NCBI GenBank assembly: GCA_048634245.1
Contig: JAIWAR010000004.1
Location: forward strand, 1 to 54,994
Source of the DNA: Methanosarcinales archaeon
GTDB taxonomy: Bacteria; Omnitrophota; Gorgyraeia; Duberdicusellales; 4484-171
DNA: 54,994 bases
Direction of reading: 5' to 3'
Shown here: positions 1-9,174 of the stretch, in pieces
Layout of the letters: each line of letters opens with the position of its first letter
Numbering within the stretch: position 1 is the first letter of the stretch
Translations under genes and position numbers: made by a program
Notes under the pieces: generated by a model
Told to the model about the DNA's origin: nothing
The model's database searches: none
What the model saw: the letters and a program-made list of their open reading frames with translations, nothing else

Positions 1-1080
1 CGGGCAAAAAAAAGAGTGTTGGAAAAAATGGAAACAATTATAGTGCCGTTGAGCCGGCAAGACAGCATAAGAAATTTTAACTTTCCCGGCGTCAAGCGAA
101 GCGGATACCGAGCCATAACATTGAAAGGAATTTCTAAATCTTACGATAATATCAAAGTGTATGAAAATTTTGATTTTGAAATAACCCGCCAAGAAAAAGT
201 CGTCTTAGTGGGCGAAAATGGGGCAGGCAAATCAACCCTTCTTAAAATTTTAGCGGGGGTAGTTAACATTGATAAAGGCGTTCGTTCCCTGGGCCACAAC
301 ACTGACATTGGTTACTTTTCCCAGCAGCGAATGGAAATCTTAGATCCTCACAATACAGTTTTTGAAGAAGCATATTCAGCAAGTGCCGGAGCTCTCTCCG
401 GAGAAAGGATTCGGACAATCTTAAGCCTATTTTTATTTATTGGCGATGATGTTGATAAAAAAGTGATTGTTCTTTCCGGAGGAGAAAAAAGCCGGCTTAA
501 TCTCGCTAAGCTTTTAATTAACCCTCCTAACTTTCTCCTGCTCGATGAACCGACAACACACCTAGACGTTGACGCCGTCGAAGCTTTAATCACCGCTCTT
601 AAAACCTATGAAGGGACGCTTATATTTATAAGCCACAATATCCATTTTGTGCGCTCTATCGCCAATGCCGTCGTTGAAGTTAAAGCCGGCAAAATAAGAG
701 AGTTCCCGGGAAGCTTTGACTATTATTGGCGAAGAATCAATGAGGCTACTTCTTCTAAAAAAATTCAAAATGATAAATTAAAATTAAAAATAAGCGGCCT
801 AAAACAGGCAGGGAAGACTAAAGATCCATGGAAAAAGAAAAAAGATTCCGGTGGGCACAAAGAGCATAATGCCAAACTAGCCAAAACCATAACCAATCTG
901 AGAAAGGAAAAAGAAAAACTTGCGCTTGAGCAATATGCTAAAGGACGTACTTTATCCAATCCCCGCAGTTATCACAGCGAAGAAACCAAAAAAGAATACC
1001 ATTGCCGCCTAAAAAAAATTAAGGATAGAATCTCTCAAATCGATCAGGAGATTATCAAGCTTAAAAACTCATTTACCTAA
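1..1080 (+). CDS. ABC-F family ATPase, second ABC domain plus Lys-rich coiled-coil tail (5' end cut by window edge)
   Basis: Walker A GENGAGKST, signature LSGGEKSR, Walker B LLLDEPTTHLD. The frame is open from base 1, so the listed GTG at 16 is probably internal. Confidence 0.85.
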   Translation, partial: RAKKRVLEKMETIIVPLSRQDSIRNFNFPGVKRSGYRAITLKGISKSYDNIKVYENFDFEITRQEKVVLVGENGAGKSTLLKILAGVVNIDKGVRSLGHNTDIGYFSQQRMEILDPHNTVFEEAYSASAGALSGERIRTILSLFLFIGDDVDKKVIVLSGGEKSRLNLAKLLINPPNFLLLDEPTTHLDVDAVEALITALKTYEGTLIFISHNIHFVRSIANAVVEVKAGKIREFPGSFDYYWRRINEATSSKKIQNDKLKLKISGLKQAGKTKDPWKKKKDSGGHKEHNAKLAKTITNLRKEKEKLALEQYAKGRTLSNPRSYHSEETKKEYHCRLKKIKDRISQIDQEIIKLKNSFT

Positions 1081-1126
1081 CCCCACCCCTGATTAAAGCC
1101 AGGCTTCACTCAGAGAATAAAATGCC

Positions 1127-1154
1127 TTGATATCCTATATCATATGAGTATAAT
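1127..1154 (+). promoter_or_regulatory. sigma70-type promoter of the DEAD-box helicase gene
   Basis: TTGATA-N16-TATAAT. Confidence 0.5.
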
Positions 1155-1207
1155 ATAGCTGTATTTTAAGAATAAGTAAGTAAAAACAAGGAAAAACAGG
1201 TAAAAAT

Positions 1208-2836
1208 ATGGAATCATTTGAAAAATTAGGTTTATCCAAAGACATCCTAAAAGTATTAGAACTAAAAGGTTTTGAGTCTCCCACGCCGATTCAGAAAAAA
1301 ACCATACCGGCTATACTTAGCGGTAATAAAGATATCGTGGGGCAGGCTCATACCGGAACCGGAAAAACCGCGGCTTTTGGCCTTCCGATTATTGAACTCA
1401 TACCTGAAAAATCAAAAACTGTTCAGGCCCTGGTACTTACTCCCACCCGGGAACTGGCAATTCAGGTAGCTGAGGAAATTCACTCCTTAAAAGGAAAAAA
1501 AAGATTAAGTATCGTTCCGATTTATGGCGGGCAGGCAATCGGCCTTCAATTCAGAAGCTTACAAAAAGGGGTAGATATCGTTGTCGGTACCCCGGGAAGA
1601 ATACTTGATCACCTTAAACGCAAGACATTAAGGCTGGACAAAATATCTTTTCTTGTCCTTGATGAAGCTGATGAAATGCTGAATATGGGTTTCCTTGAAG
1701 ATGTTCAGGAAATCATGGGAAAAACCAACTCTCAGAAACGGACTATGCTGTTCTCAGCTACTATGCCTCAGGAAATACTCCACATCGCAAAAAAGTATAT
1801 GGGTGAATATGAACTGATGCAGGTAACCGGGGGGCAGCTTACTGTCAGTACTACTGACCAGATTTATTTTGAAGTTGCCGAGGTGGATAGGTTTGAATCC
1901 CTTTGCCGGATTATCGACATTGAAGAAGACTTTTACGGGCTTATCTTTTGCCGAACAAAAATCGATGTTGATACTATTAGCAGCCACTTAAGTGAACGCG
2001 GTTACGATGCCGATGCCTTACACGGAGACATGTCTCAAGCTTTGAGGGAAAAGATACTTAATAAATTTAAAAAACGTCTTATCAATGTTCTGGTCGCAAC
2101 TGATGTAGCTGCCCGGGGAATTGATGTTCAGCACCTCACCCATGTTATAAATTATTCTCTTCCCCAAGACCCGGAATTATATGTGCATAGAATCGGACGC
2201 ACCGGCCGGGCCGGAGAAGGTGGGATTGCGGTAACCTTTATAACTCCCCGCGAGTATCGAAGGCTGCAATACATACAAAGGAAAGCAAAAACCGATATCC
2301 GTAAAGCAAAATTACCGAAAATTAAAGAAATTATTGAAACTAAAAAGCGACGGATTAAAAATAAGCTCGAAGATATTGCAAAATCAGACCTTCAGTCCGA
2401 ATACCTTGAAATGTCTGAGGAACTCCTTGAAGTTAATACTCCTAAAGATATATTAGCCGCTCTCCTGCAGCACTCTTTTCAGGGAGAGCTGGATGAAAAA
2501 CGCTATGCTGAAATAGATAGCGCGGGCATTGATATGAAGGGCAAAACAAGACTTTTCGTTCGACAAGGCAAGATTGACGGATTGACTCTGGATAGATTAG
2601 TAAACATTATAAGCGATAAGTGCCAGGTCAGAAGAGAGAAAATAAAAGATATTCGGGTTCTTGATAGATTCTCTTTTATTACTCTCCCTTTTCATGAAGC
2701 GGAAAAAGTCTTATCCTTTTTTAAGCAAAATCAAAGAGGATCAGGGCTTTATGTTGAAAAAGCTAAAGAAGGCCGGCGAAAAAAATCGCCTGTTCCCCGG
2801 AGACGAAAAGGTCAAAATAAAAACATACCCAGATAA
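1208..2836 (+). CDS. DEAD-box ATP-dependent RNA helicase with DbpA-type C-terminal RNA-binding domain and basic tail
   Basis: Motif I AHTGTGKT, motif II DEAD (LVLDEADEM), SAT, HRIGRTGRAG. C-terminal RLFVRQGKIDGL...FITLP segment, then an RRK-rich end. Confidence 0.92.
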   Translation: MESFEKLGLSKDILKVLELKGFESPTPIQKKTIPAILSGNKDIVGQAHTGTGKTAAFGLPIIELIPEKSKTVQALVLTPTRELAIQVAEEIHSLKGKKRLSIVPIYGGQAIGLQFRSLQKGVDIVVGTPGRILDHLKRKTLRLDKISFLVLDEADEMLNMGFLEDVQEIMGKTNSQKRTMLFSATMPQEILHIAKKYMGEYELMQVTGGQLTVSTTDQIYFEVAEVDRFESLCRIIDIEEDFYGLIFCRTKIDVDTISSHLSERGYDADALHGDMSQALREKILNKFKKRLINVLVATDVAARGIDVQHLTHVINYSLPQDPELYVHRIGRTGRAGEGGIAVTFITPREYRRLQYIQRKAKTDIRKAKLPKIKEIIETKKRRIKNKLEDIAKSDLQSEYLEMSEELLEVNTPKDILAALLQHSFQGELDEKRYAEIDSAGIDMKGKTRLFVRQGKIDGLTLDRLVNIISDKCQVRREKIKDIRVLDRFSFITLPFHEAEKVLSFFKQNQRGSGLYVEKAKEGRRKKSPVPRRRKGQNKNIPR

Positions 2837-2850
2837 CAGGAGGTATAAGC

Positions 2851-3240
2851 ATGAATATGAAAAAACCCAGAGTATCGTTTGTATGCGGAGCAATCATATT
2901 TACCTTACTTTTCGTCGGCTATTTTTTTGGTTATCAATTTCATACCGAATACACACAAAAGTTTGCTTATCTTAGCCTCCAGAACCAACACATTCTTAAA
3001 AAACAGCTGAGTTTACAGAATAATTTAGCAAAACTCAGTATCGCCCTCAAAGACTTAAAAACCGCGAATCGACGGGAAAAAAAGGATATTCTATCTAAAA
3101 TCGAGATTATCACCGGGGAAATCCAAAACTGGAAAACAGAGTATACTACTTCCATAAACGCGGTGAAAAAAGACATAGCGGATTTAACCAAAGTGGATTT
3201 AGGCGAAATCTCGGTGGATAAAAAACTCAGGAAAAAATAG
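2851..3240 (+). CDS. hypothetical membrane-anchored coiled-coil protein
   Basis: AGGAGG 7 nt upstream of the ATG. N-terminal hydrophobic helix followed by heptad-like polar sequence. No recognisable family. Confidence 0.55.
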   Translation: MNMKKPRVSFVCGAIIFTLLFVGYFFGYQFHTEYTQKFAYLSLQNQHILKKQLSLQNNLAKLSIALKDLKTANRREKKDILSKIEIITGEIQNWKTEYTTSINAVKKDIADLTKVDLGEISVDKKLRKK

Positions 3241-3310
3241 CAGTCGAGTTTTAAACCGATTGAAAATTCCTCAACAACCCTTAACTAGCGCAAAACCTTA
3301 AAAAACTATA

Positions 3311-4180
3311 ATGGCTATTGTCGAACCAATCATAAGGCCACCGGCAGAAGCATATAGTTTCCTTTTACAAGTAACTCTGGGATGTTCTGCAAACCACTGT
3401 AGTTTTTGCGGTGCTTACGGGGATAAAACTTTCAGCATAAAAGACTATGAGGAAGTTGCAGCCGACATAAAGCATCATGCCCGCCGGCACAAAGACTCAA
3501 GGCGGGCCTTTCTTCTAGACGGCGATGCGCTTGCCATAAACAATAACCGGCTTCTTCCTATTCTGAAACTACTAACCGAAACTTTTCCGAAGCTTTCCCG
3601 TGTTTCTTCATATGCGAACGGATATAATATTATACAACGTGATCATAATGAATTAACTGAATTATACAACTGTAAGTTAAGGCTTATATACATGGGCTTA
3701 GAAAGCGGCAGCCAGGATATATTAAATTACCATCATAAATCTTCAACTGTCGAGGAGATGATAACAGCAGTAAATAAAGCTGCGCAAGCACAAATAAAGT
3801 CCTCAATCATAGTCTTATTAGGCCTAGGCGGCCGGAAGTATTCCCGAGAGCATATCCGGGATACTATAAAAGCCTTAAACATGATGCAGCCAAGATACCT
3901 CTCATTTCTTTCACTTATGACTATTCCAGGAACACCGTTAGCAGAAAAAGTCGAAAAAAACGCTTTTGAAGAACTGAACTCACAAGAATTATTAAAAGAA
4001 TCATACGAAATTATTAAAGGAGTTAAGCTAACAAAAACTATATTTCGCTCCAACCACGCTTCAAACCACCTTCCTCTTGAAGGGGTACTTCCAAAAGATA
4101 AAACAAAACTACTAAATACTCTTAAATCCGCAATTAGTGGTGATATAAGCTTAAAACCGGAGTTTTTACGGGGATTATAA
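3311..4180 (+). CDS. radical SAM domain protein (paralogue 1), CX4CX2C cluster motif
   Basis: LGCSANHCSFCG cysteine triad, LLDGDAL and YMGLESGS motifs typical of radical SAM cores. About 70 percent identical over the full length to the ORF at 18546-19415. Confidence 0.8.
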   Translation: MAIVEPIIRPPAEAYSFLLQVTLGCSANHCSFCGAYGDKTFSIKDYEEVAADIKHHARRHKDSRRAFLLDGDALAINNNRLLPILKLLTETFPKLSRVSSYANGYNIIQRDHNELTELYNCKLRLIYMGLESGSQDILNYHHKSSTVEEMITAVNKAAQAQIKSSIIVLLGLGGRKYSREHIRDTIKALNMMQPRYLSFLSLMTIPGTPLAEKVEKNAFEELNSQELLKESYEIIKGVKLTKTIFRSNHASNHLPLEGVLPKDKTKLLNTLKSAISGDISLKPEFLRGL

Positions 4181-4216
4181 TAAAAAGGTGTATTAAAATA
4201 CAGCTGAAACAGATAT

Positions 4217-4244
4217 TTGCAAAAACAAAATATTTTGATATAAT
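4217..4244 (+). promoter_or_regulatory. sigma70-type promoter of the lemA operon
   Basis: TTGCAA-N16-TATAAT with extended -10 TG. Confidence 0.55.
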
Positions 4245-4303
4245 TGTTAACACTAAGCAATTTGTATATTTAAAAAAGAGGTATTAAAAAGGAGGCAATT
4301 GCG

Positions 4304-4888
4304 ATGAAAAAAGGCTTATTAATCACTTTAGGTGTTATTGTAATCATTGGGTTTATGCTTGCGGGCCGCTATAACAATTTAGTAATTTTACGCGAAGCTG
4401 TGGATGAAAAGTGGGCCCAGGTAGAAAATGTTTACCAGCGCAGGCTTGACTTGATTCCTAATCTGATTGCAACGGTTAAAGGATATGCTGCACACGAAAA
4501 GCAAACCTTAACCGAAGTCATAGAAGCACGAAATAAGGCTTTACAGACAAAAATAGATGTGGGTTCTCTAAGCGACGAAGCAAAATTTGCGGCGTTTGCT
4601 AAAGCTCAGGATAAACTTTCTTCTGTATTATCTCGTTTAATGGTAGTAGTGGAGAGATATCCTGATTTAAAAGCCAGCCAGAATTTTCTTGCTTTACAGA
4701 GCCAGTTGGAGGGGACCGAAAACAGAATTTCCGTGGAACGTAAACGATACAATGAGGCAGTAAGAAGCTATAATACGACGATTAAAAGGTTTCCGACCAA
4801 CATGATGGCTTCAGCCCTTGGTTTTGATAAGGTTACTTATTTCAAATCAGCTCCGGAAGCCGCAACCGCTCCTAAAGTAGAATTTTAA
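4304..4888 (+). CDS. lemA: LemA family protein
   Basis: N-terminal TM helix plus the conserved LemA core (YNNLV...EKWAQVENVYQRRLDLIPNL...RYPDLKA...RKRYNEAV..YN). AAGGAGG RBS. Confidence 0.9.
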   Translation: MKKGLLITLGVIVIIGFMLAGRYNNLVILREAVDEKWAQVENVYQRRLDLIPNLIATVKGYAAHEKQTLTEVIEARNKALQTKIDVGSLSDEAKFAAFAKAQDKLSSVLSRLMVVVERYPDLKASQNFLALQSQLEGTENRISVERKRYNEAVRSYNTTIKRFPTNMMASALGFDKVTYFKSAPEAATAPKVEF

Positions 4889-4910
4889 TAGGGGGATTTA
4901 ACCGGCTATT

Positions 4911-5744
4911 ATGAAAAATATAATGAAGCTCCCTAGACTAAAGCCCGCAGTTTCCCGCATACCGCTCCTTGAGGAGCGAAATCCTGTACCTGCTTCCATC
5001 TCCGGCCTGAAGGCCAAAGTTTTGTCACGCGGGATAAAAATCGGAATTATCGGATTATTTGTATTTTGTGCTGTCTCTATCTATGGAGCATTTAAAATAC
5101 CTGAATATCCGCAAAATTATCTAAATGATTATGCCGGAGTCTTAGAACCTTCCCAGGAAAGAATACTAAATAATTTCTTAAAAAGTTACGACACCAAAAC
5201 CACCAACCAAATTTTTATTGGTATTTTTGATTCACTTCAGGGAGAAAGTTTAGAAGACTTATCTATCCGTATAGCTGAAAAATGGAAGCCGGGAACAAAA
5301 GACAAGGATAACGGCCTCCTGCTGCTGGTGTTTCTAAAAGACAGGAAAATGAGAATCGAGGTAGGTTACGGGCTGGAACATTTATTAACTGATGCCTTAG
5401 CAACAGCAATTATCGCTAATGAAATATCTCCGTCTTTTAGAAAAGGTGACTACTATGGCGGAGTATCCAAAGCTGTATTTAAAATAACAAAAGTTTTATC
5501 CAAGGACTTTTCTCCGGAAGAATTGCAACGGTATACTTATCGTGCCGGAAGGCCAAAGCGTAACCCCATACTTTCTTTGTTGTTTTTGATAGGGTTCATT
5601 ATATTGGCTATACGGCATCCTTTTCTGGCTCTGCTTTTATTTTCAGGAGGATTTTCTTCCGGCGGACGGTATAGCGGCGGAGGAGGCTTTTTTGGCGGGG
5701 GAGGCGGTTCTTTTGGCGGAGGCGGAGCCTCAGGGAGCTGGTAG
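4911..5744 (+). CDS. TPM domain protein (YgcG-like) with C-terminal TM segment and Gly-rich tail
   Basis: TPM-type core (YLNDYAGVL...NQIFIGIF...RIEVGYGLE) follows LemA, as in the common LemA-TPM-TPM operon. Ends in a GGGGFFGGGGGSFGGGG tail. Confidence 0.8.
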   Translation: MKNIMKLPRLKPAVSRIPLLEERNPVPASISGLKAKVLSRGIKIGIIGLFVFCAVSIYGAFKIPEYPQNYLNDYAGVLEPSQERILNNFLKSYDTKTTNQIFIGIFDSLQGESLEDLSIRIAEKWKPGTKDKDNGLLLLVFLKDRKMRIEVGYGLEHLLTDALATAIIANEISPSFRKGDYYGGVSKAVFKITKVLSKDFSPEELQRYTYRAGRPKRNPILSLLFLIGFIILAIRHPFLALLLFSGGFSSGGRYSGGGGFFGGGGGSFGGGGASGSW

Positions 5745-5753
5745 GAGGTGAAT

Positions 5754-6206
5754 ATGGAACGAGAACTACATCCTAAAAAATTTTTCACTAAAGAAGAAGA
5801 TGCCCAAATTATCCAGGCTATTCAAAAAGCTGAAAAAGCCACTTCAGGAGAATTACGGATTCATCTTACCAAGCAAATAAAAAAAGATCCTATGCGGGAG
5901 GCAATAAGAATATTTAAGCTTTTAGGGATGCAAAAAACTAAACAGCGTAATGGATGCCTTATCCTCATCGGTTTAAAAAATAAAAAAGTTGTGGTTATCG
6001 GCGATAAAGGAATTAATGATGTGGTAGGCGATAACTTTTGGGATGATGTCGTAGGCGTAATGGTTGAAAACTTCAAAAAAGGGGATTATGCGCCGGGTTT
6101 GACACAGGGGATTCTAATGATCGGAGAAAAGCTAAAGCAGTATTTTCCTTATGAAACTGACGATGTAAATGAATTATCGGATGAAATAAGTAAAGAGGAG
6201 CTGTAA
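5754..6206 (+). CDS. TPM domain protein (TLP18.3/Psb32/MOLO-1 phosphatase family)
   Basis: FFTKEEDAQIIQAIQKAEKATSGELRIHL...NGCLILIGLKNKKVVVIGDKGI pattern. I prefer the ATG at 5754, 5 nt after TAGGAGG, over the GTG at 5748. Confidence 0.75.
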   Translation: MERELHPKKFFTKEEDAQIIQAIQKAEKATSGELRIHLTKQIKKDPMREAIRIFKLLGMQKTKQRNGCLILIGLKNKKVVVIGDKGINDVVGDNFWDDVVGVMVENFKKGDYAPGLTQGILMIGEKLKQYFPYETDDVNELSDEISKEEL

Positions 6207-6218
6207 AAATAAAAAAAG

Positions 6219-6377
6219 ATGAACCTATTATTTATCCTGCTAAGAATATTATTTTTTTACTTTGTATTTAAATTTATTTTTAAAACTATCCTTTTTTTTA
6301 TCCTGGCGCCAAAGAAAAAAAAGAATAGCCAGTATAAAGAAAAAGATATCATAGATGCTGAGTTTAAAGAACTATGA
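6219..6377 (+). CDS. small membrane protein (52 aa), translationally coupled to the next gene
   Basis: Translates by eye to MNLLFILLRILFFYFVFKFIFKTILFFILAPKKKKNSQYKEKDIIDAEFKEL. Its TGA overlaps the ATG of the next gene (ATGA at 6374-6377). Below the ORF-track size cut-off. Confidence 0.5.
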   Translation: MNLLFILLRILFFYFVFKFIFKTILFFILAPKKKKNSQYKEKDIIDAEFKEL

Positions 6378-6943
6378 GCTTGTTTAAGCAATTAAAAGAA
6401 TTGTTCACCCCTACAGAAGAAAAAAAACCGGGTAAGAAAACTACAAAAAGAATTAAAAGAAAACCTCCGGTTAAAGTCAAAAAAAAGGCCTCTCAAAAGC
6501 GAAAAATAACAGTTAAAAAGAAAAGCCAAAAAAAACCGCTGAAAAGAATCAGAGTAAAACCGAAAATCCAAACCAAGAAAAAACAAAAAACAGCGCAAAA
6601 AAAATCTCAAAGGAAAACACGCCCCAAAATTAAGAAAAAACCTCTTAAAAAACATCCGCCAAAAAAATCAAGTCAGCCCTTAACAAAACCCTCTAAAGAA
6701 AAAATGATCGGAGCTGTTACTCATTATTTCGGAAAAATATCAGTGGGAATTGTTAAGCTTAAATCTACACTTCAGGTGGGCGATAAAATTCATATAAAAG
6801 GGGCTCACGATGATTTCACTCAACTCATCAAATCAATGCAAGTTAATCACAAAGATATTTTGCAGGCCAAAAAAGGGGACGAAATAGGTATCAAAGTCAC
6901 CCAAGCCGTACATAAAAATGATAAAGTATACAAACCTTCATAA
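6374..6943 (+). CDS. poly-lysine (histone H1-like) N-terminal region fused to a translation-factor-type beta-barrel domain
   Basis: About 110 aa of KKKxxQKK-type repeats. The C-terminal part (GAVTHYFGKISVGIVKL...GDKIHIKG...GDEIGIKV) resembles the small 'translation elongation factor-like' (EF-Tu domain 2-like) proteins. Confidence 0.7.
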   Translation: MSLFKQLKELFTPTEEKKPGKKTTKRIKRKPPVKVKKKASQKRKITVKKKSQKKPLKRIRVKPKIQTKKKQKTAQKKSQRKTRPKIKKKPLKKHPPKKSSQPLTKPSKEKMIGAVTHYFGKISVGIVKLKSTLQVGDKIHIKGAHDDFTQLIKSMQVNHKDILQAKKGDEIGIKVTQAVHKNDKVYKPS

Positions 6944-6978
6944 TGCCGATATGCCGCAACACAAAAAGGAGGTAGTTT

Positions 6979-7344
6979 ATGGTACTATTCGTTAAATTTT
7001 TCGGGATAATTGTTGTAGCTCTAGGGGTTGTTTTCTTGATAAATCCAAAAACTTTAAAACAATATATGTCATTTTGGAAAAAAGAAAAAAGGCTTAAAAT
7101 TGGAGGCATTGCAGCCATTTTACTTGGCAGTATTTTTTTAATAGCTGCCTCACAATGCAGAATAGCAGGGGTGATCACCGTATTAGGCCTTTGGTCGGTT
7201 ATAAAAGGCGTATTCTTGCTTACACTCAACCAAAAAAAGCTATTTGCCTATCTTGATTGGTGGCTCAATAAGCCTACGCCAAACATACGTTTTTTTGGCC
7301 TCATTGCCTTATTTTTTGGTGCCCTACTTATTTATTCAGCATAA
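6979..7344 (+). CDS. hypothetical integral membrane protein (about 4 TM segments)
   Basis: GGAGG RBS. Alternating hydrophobic helices. No family recognised. Confidence 0.6.
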   Translation: MVLFVKFFGIIVVALGVVFLINPKTLKQYMSFWKKEKRLKIGGIAAILLGSIFLIAASQCRIAGVITVLGLWSVIKGVFLLTLNQKKLFAYLDWWLNKPTPNIRFFGLIALFFGALLIYSA

Positions 7345-7368
7345 AAAAATTAAAGCGAAAGGGAGTAT

Positions 7369-7857
7369 ATGGCTGGATTTCTTGATCAATTTAGAAAAAA
7401 TGTGATTTCAAATGTGTGGAAAGACGCACCGGACGAATCTCAAATAAAAGATATAGATGATAAAATTGCTTTGGGGGTTTTACTATGGGTTGTAGCTGAG
7501 GCTGATGAAAAATTTCTGCCGGAAGAAATGGAAAAAATCAAAGAAATACTTATTTTATCTAGTAAAATTTCAACCGAAGATATCCCGACTATTTTAGCTT
7601 CAATTAAAGAAGCTGCCAAAGAAAGAATAGATTTATATCGATTCACTAAAGAGATAAGCGAGAATTTGCCTCACAACATTAGAATATCAATCATAGAAAA
7701 CCTTTTTCGGGTTGCCTGTATTGATAAAGAGCTAGACAACAACGAACTTGAAACTATACGAAAAATATCTGGCTTATTCAAAATAGAACATAGCAACTTC
7801 ATTAATGCTAAGATAAAAATTAAAAAAGAATTTGGTTTAGATACCGCTGGATTTTAA
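7369..7857 (+). CDS. TerB-like (tellurite resistance / DjlA N-terminal type) domain protein
   Basis: ALGVLLWVVAEADEKFLPEEMEKI ... LFRVACIDKELDNNELETIRKIS is the duplicated TerB helix pattern. GGGAG RBS. Confidence 0.6.
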   Translation: MAGFLDQFRKNVISNVWKDAPDESQIKDIDDKIALGVLLWVVAEADEKFLPEEMEKIKEILILSSKISTEDIPTILASIKEAAKERIDLYRFTKEISENLPHNIRISIIENLFRVACIDKELDNNELETIRKISGLFKIEHSNFINAKIKIKKEFGLDTAGF

Positions 7858-7949
7858 TAATTTCATTCGTCCGGCAAAAACATCAAATAACAACAGCAAC
7901 GGTTACATGGCTAAATACTTTATGTAACTAAAAATAAGGAGAATTCATA

Positions 7950-8153
7950 ATGGCAAAACACTCTATGAATATAAATATTTCAAAAGTTCCAAATAACCCT
8001 AATATGTTTGACTTTACAATCACCACCCCAACATTAAGGTCTCAATTCAGAATTCCCAGAGAAATGGTTAATAAGCTAAGAGTATTAATTGAAAAAGTGC
8101 TCATCAGCAAAGAACCCCCAAAACCGCCATTTCCCCAAAAAAACCCTAATTGA
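7950..8153 (+). CDS. hypothetical small protein
   Basis: AAGGAG RBS 7 nt upstream. No recognisable motif. Confidence 0.4.
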   Translation: MAKHSMNINISKVPNNPNMFDFTITTPTLRSQFRIPREMVNKLRVLIEKVLISKEPPKPPFPQKNPN

Positions 8154-8184
8154 CTAACTTCGGAATTTATAGGTAACAGTAATT

Positions 8185-9144
8185 ATGGTCAAACTCGGTA
8201 ATTTATCACTATCTACCCCGATTATGCTCTCGCCAATGGCTGGCATCAGCGCTTATCCTTACCGGATGATCAACCGGAAAATGGGGGTTGAGTTAGCCTA
8301 TCTGGAAATGATTAGTGCCCGGGCTTTAAGCTATTTAAGCAGGGGAACCAAAGAGAGGCTGCGCAACGGCCCGGGTGACCGGCCTTTAGGAATTCAGCTC
8401 TTAGGAAAAGATCCTTATTATATATTAAAGGCCTTAGACAGGCTAAGAGATTACCCTTTTGATGTCTTGGGCTTTAATGCTGCCTGTCCCCAGAAAAAAA
8501 TCACCGGTAACGGTAAAGGCGCCTGTCTTCTTAAAGAACCTAAAAAGCTAAACTTATTACTTAAGTGTATTGTTAAGCATACCGCCAAGCCGGTAACCTT
8601 AAAGATGCGCCTAGGCTGGGATAGCCCTAAATATGCCCTAAAAATAGCCCTGGAAGCCCAAGATGCCGGAGTATCAGCCATATGCGTGCATGGACGAACC
8701 AGAATCCAGGGCTACCGTGATGGGATTGATTATCCGGCAATTGCCGGGATAAAAAAAGCCCTTAAAATTCCCATTATTGGAAGTGGAGATATCCTAAGTG
8801 CTCAGTTGGCAAAAAAGATGTTTACTGAAACCGGAGTAGATGCAATCGCAGTCGCCCGGGGAGCTTTAGGCAACCCCTGGATATTCAGGGAAATCCAGGA
8901 ATTCCTACAAAAAGGCCGAATAGCACCTCGGCCAAACATAACTGAAATAACCCATATGATAAAAAAGCATCTCGAACTCAGCCTTAAATTTTTTGATGAA
9001 AGAACCGGAATTATCAGATTCCGGAAATTCTATATTTGGTACACCCGGGGTTTTACCAAAGCTAAGCCTCTACGAACCAAAATAGCCCGGATTACAACTA
9101 AAAAGGAGATGCTTGTCCTGATTAAAGCTCTCAATGATAGATAA
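8185..9144 (+). CDS. dus: tRNA-dihydrouridine synthase
   Basis: LSPMAGIS, FNAACPQKKI (catalytic Cys region), KMRLGW, CVHGRTR and ARGALGNPWIF motifs. Confidence 0.9.
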   Translation: MVKLGNLSLSTPIMLSPMAGISAYPYRMINRKMGVELAYLEMISARALSYLSRGTKERLRNGPGDRPLGIQLLGKDPYYILKALDRLRDYPFDVLGFNAACPQKKITGNGKGACLLKEPKKLNLLLKCIVKHTAKPVTLKMRLGWDSPKYALKIALEAQDAGVSAICVHGRTRIQGYRDGIDYPAIAGIKKALKIPIIGSGDILSAQLAKKMFTETGVDAIAVARGALGNPWIFREIQEFLQKGRIAPRPNITEITHMIKKHLELSLKFFDERTGIIRFRKFYIWYTRGFTKAKPLRTKIARITTKKEMLVLIKALNDR

Positions 9145-9174
9145 GCTGAGAAACCTCCTCAACAAGACATTTTT

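Noticed and set aside
5537-5788. 83-aa Pro-rich ORF on the minus strand
   Set aside because: It is the antisense reading of the Gly-rich (GGN) tail of the TPM protein, a low-complexity mirror artefact. It has no RBS or independent support.
6392-6655. 87-aa Phe-rich ORF on the minus strand
   Set aside because: Antisense of the AAA/AAG lysine-repeat region, so TTT/CTT codons arise automatically.
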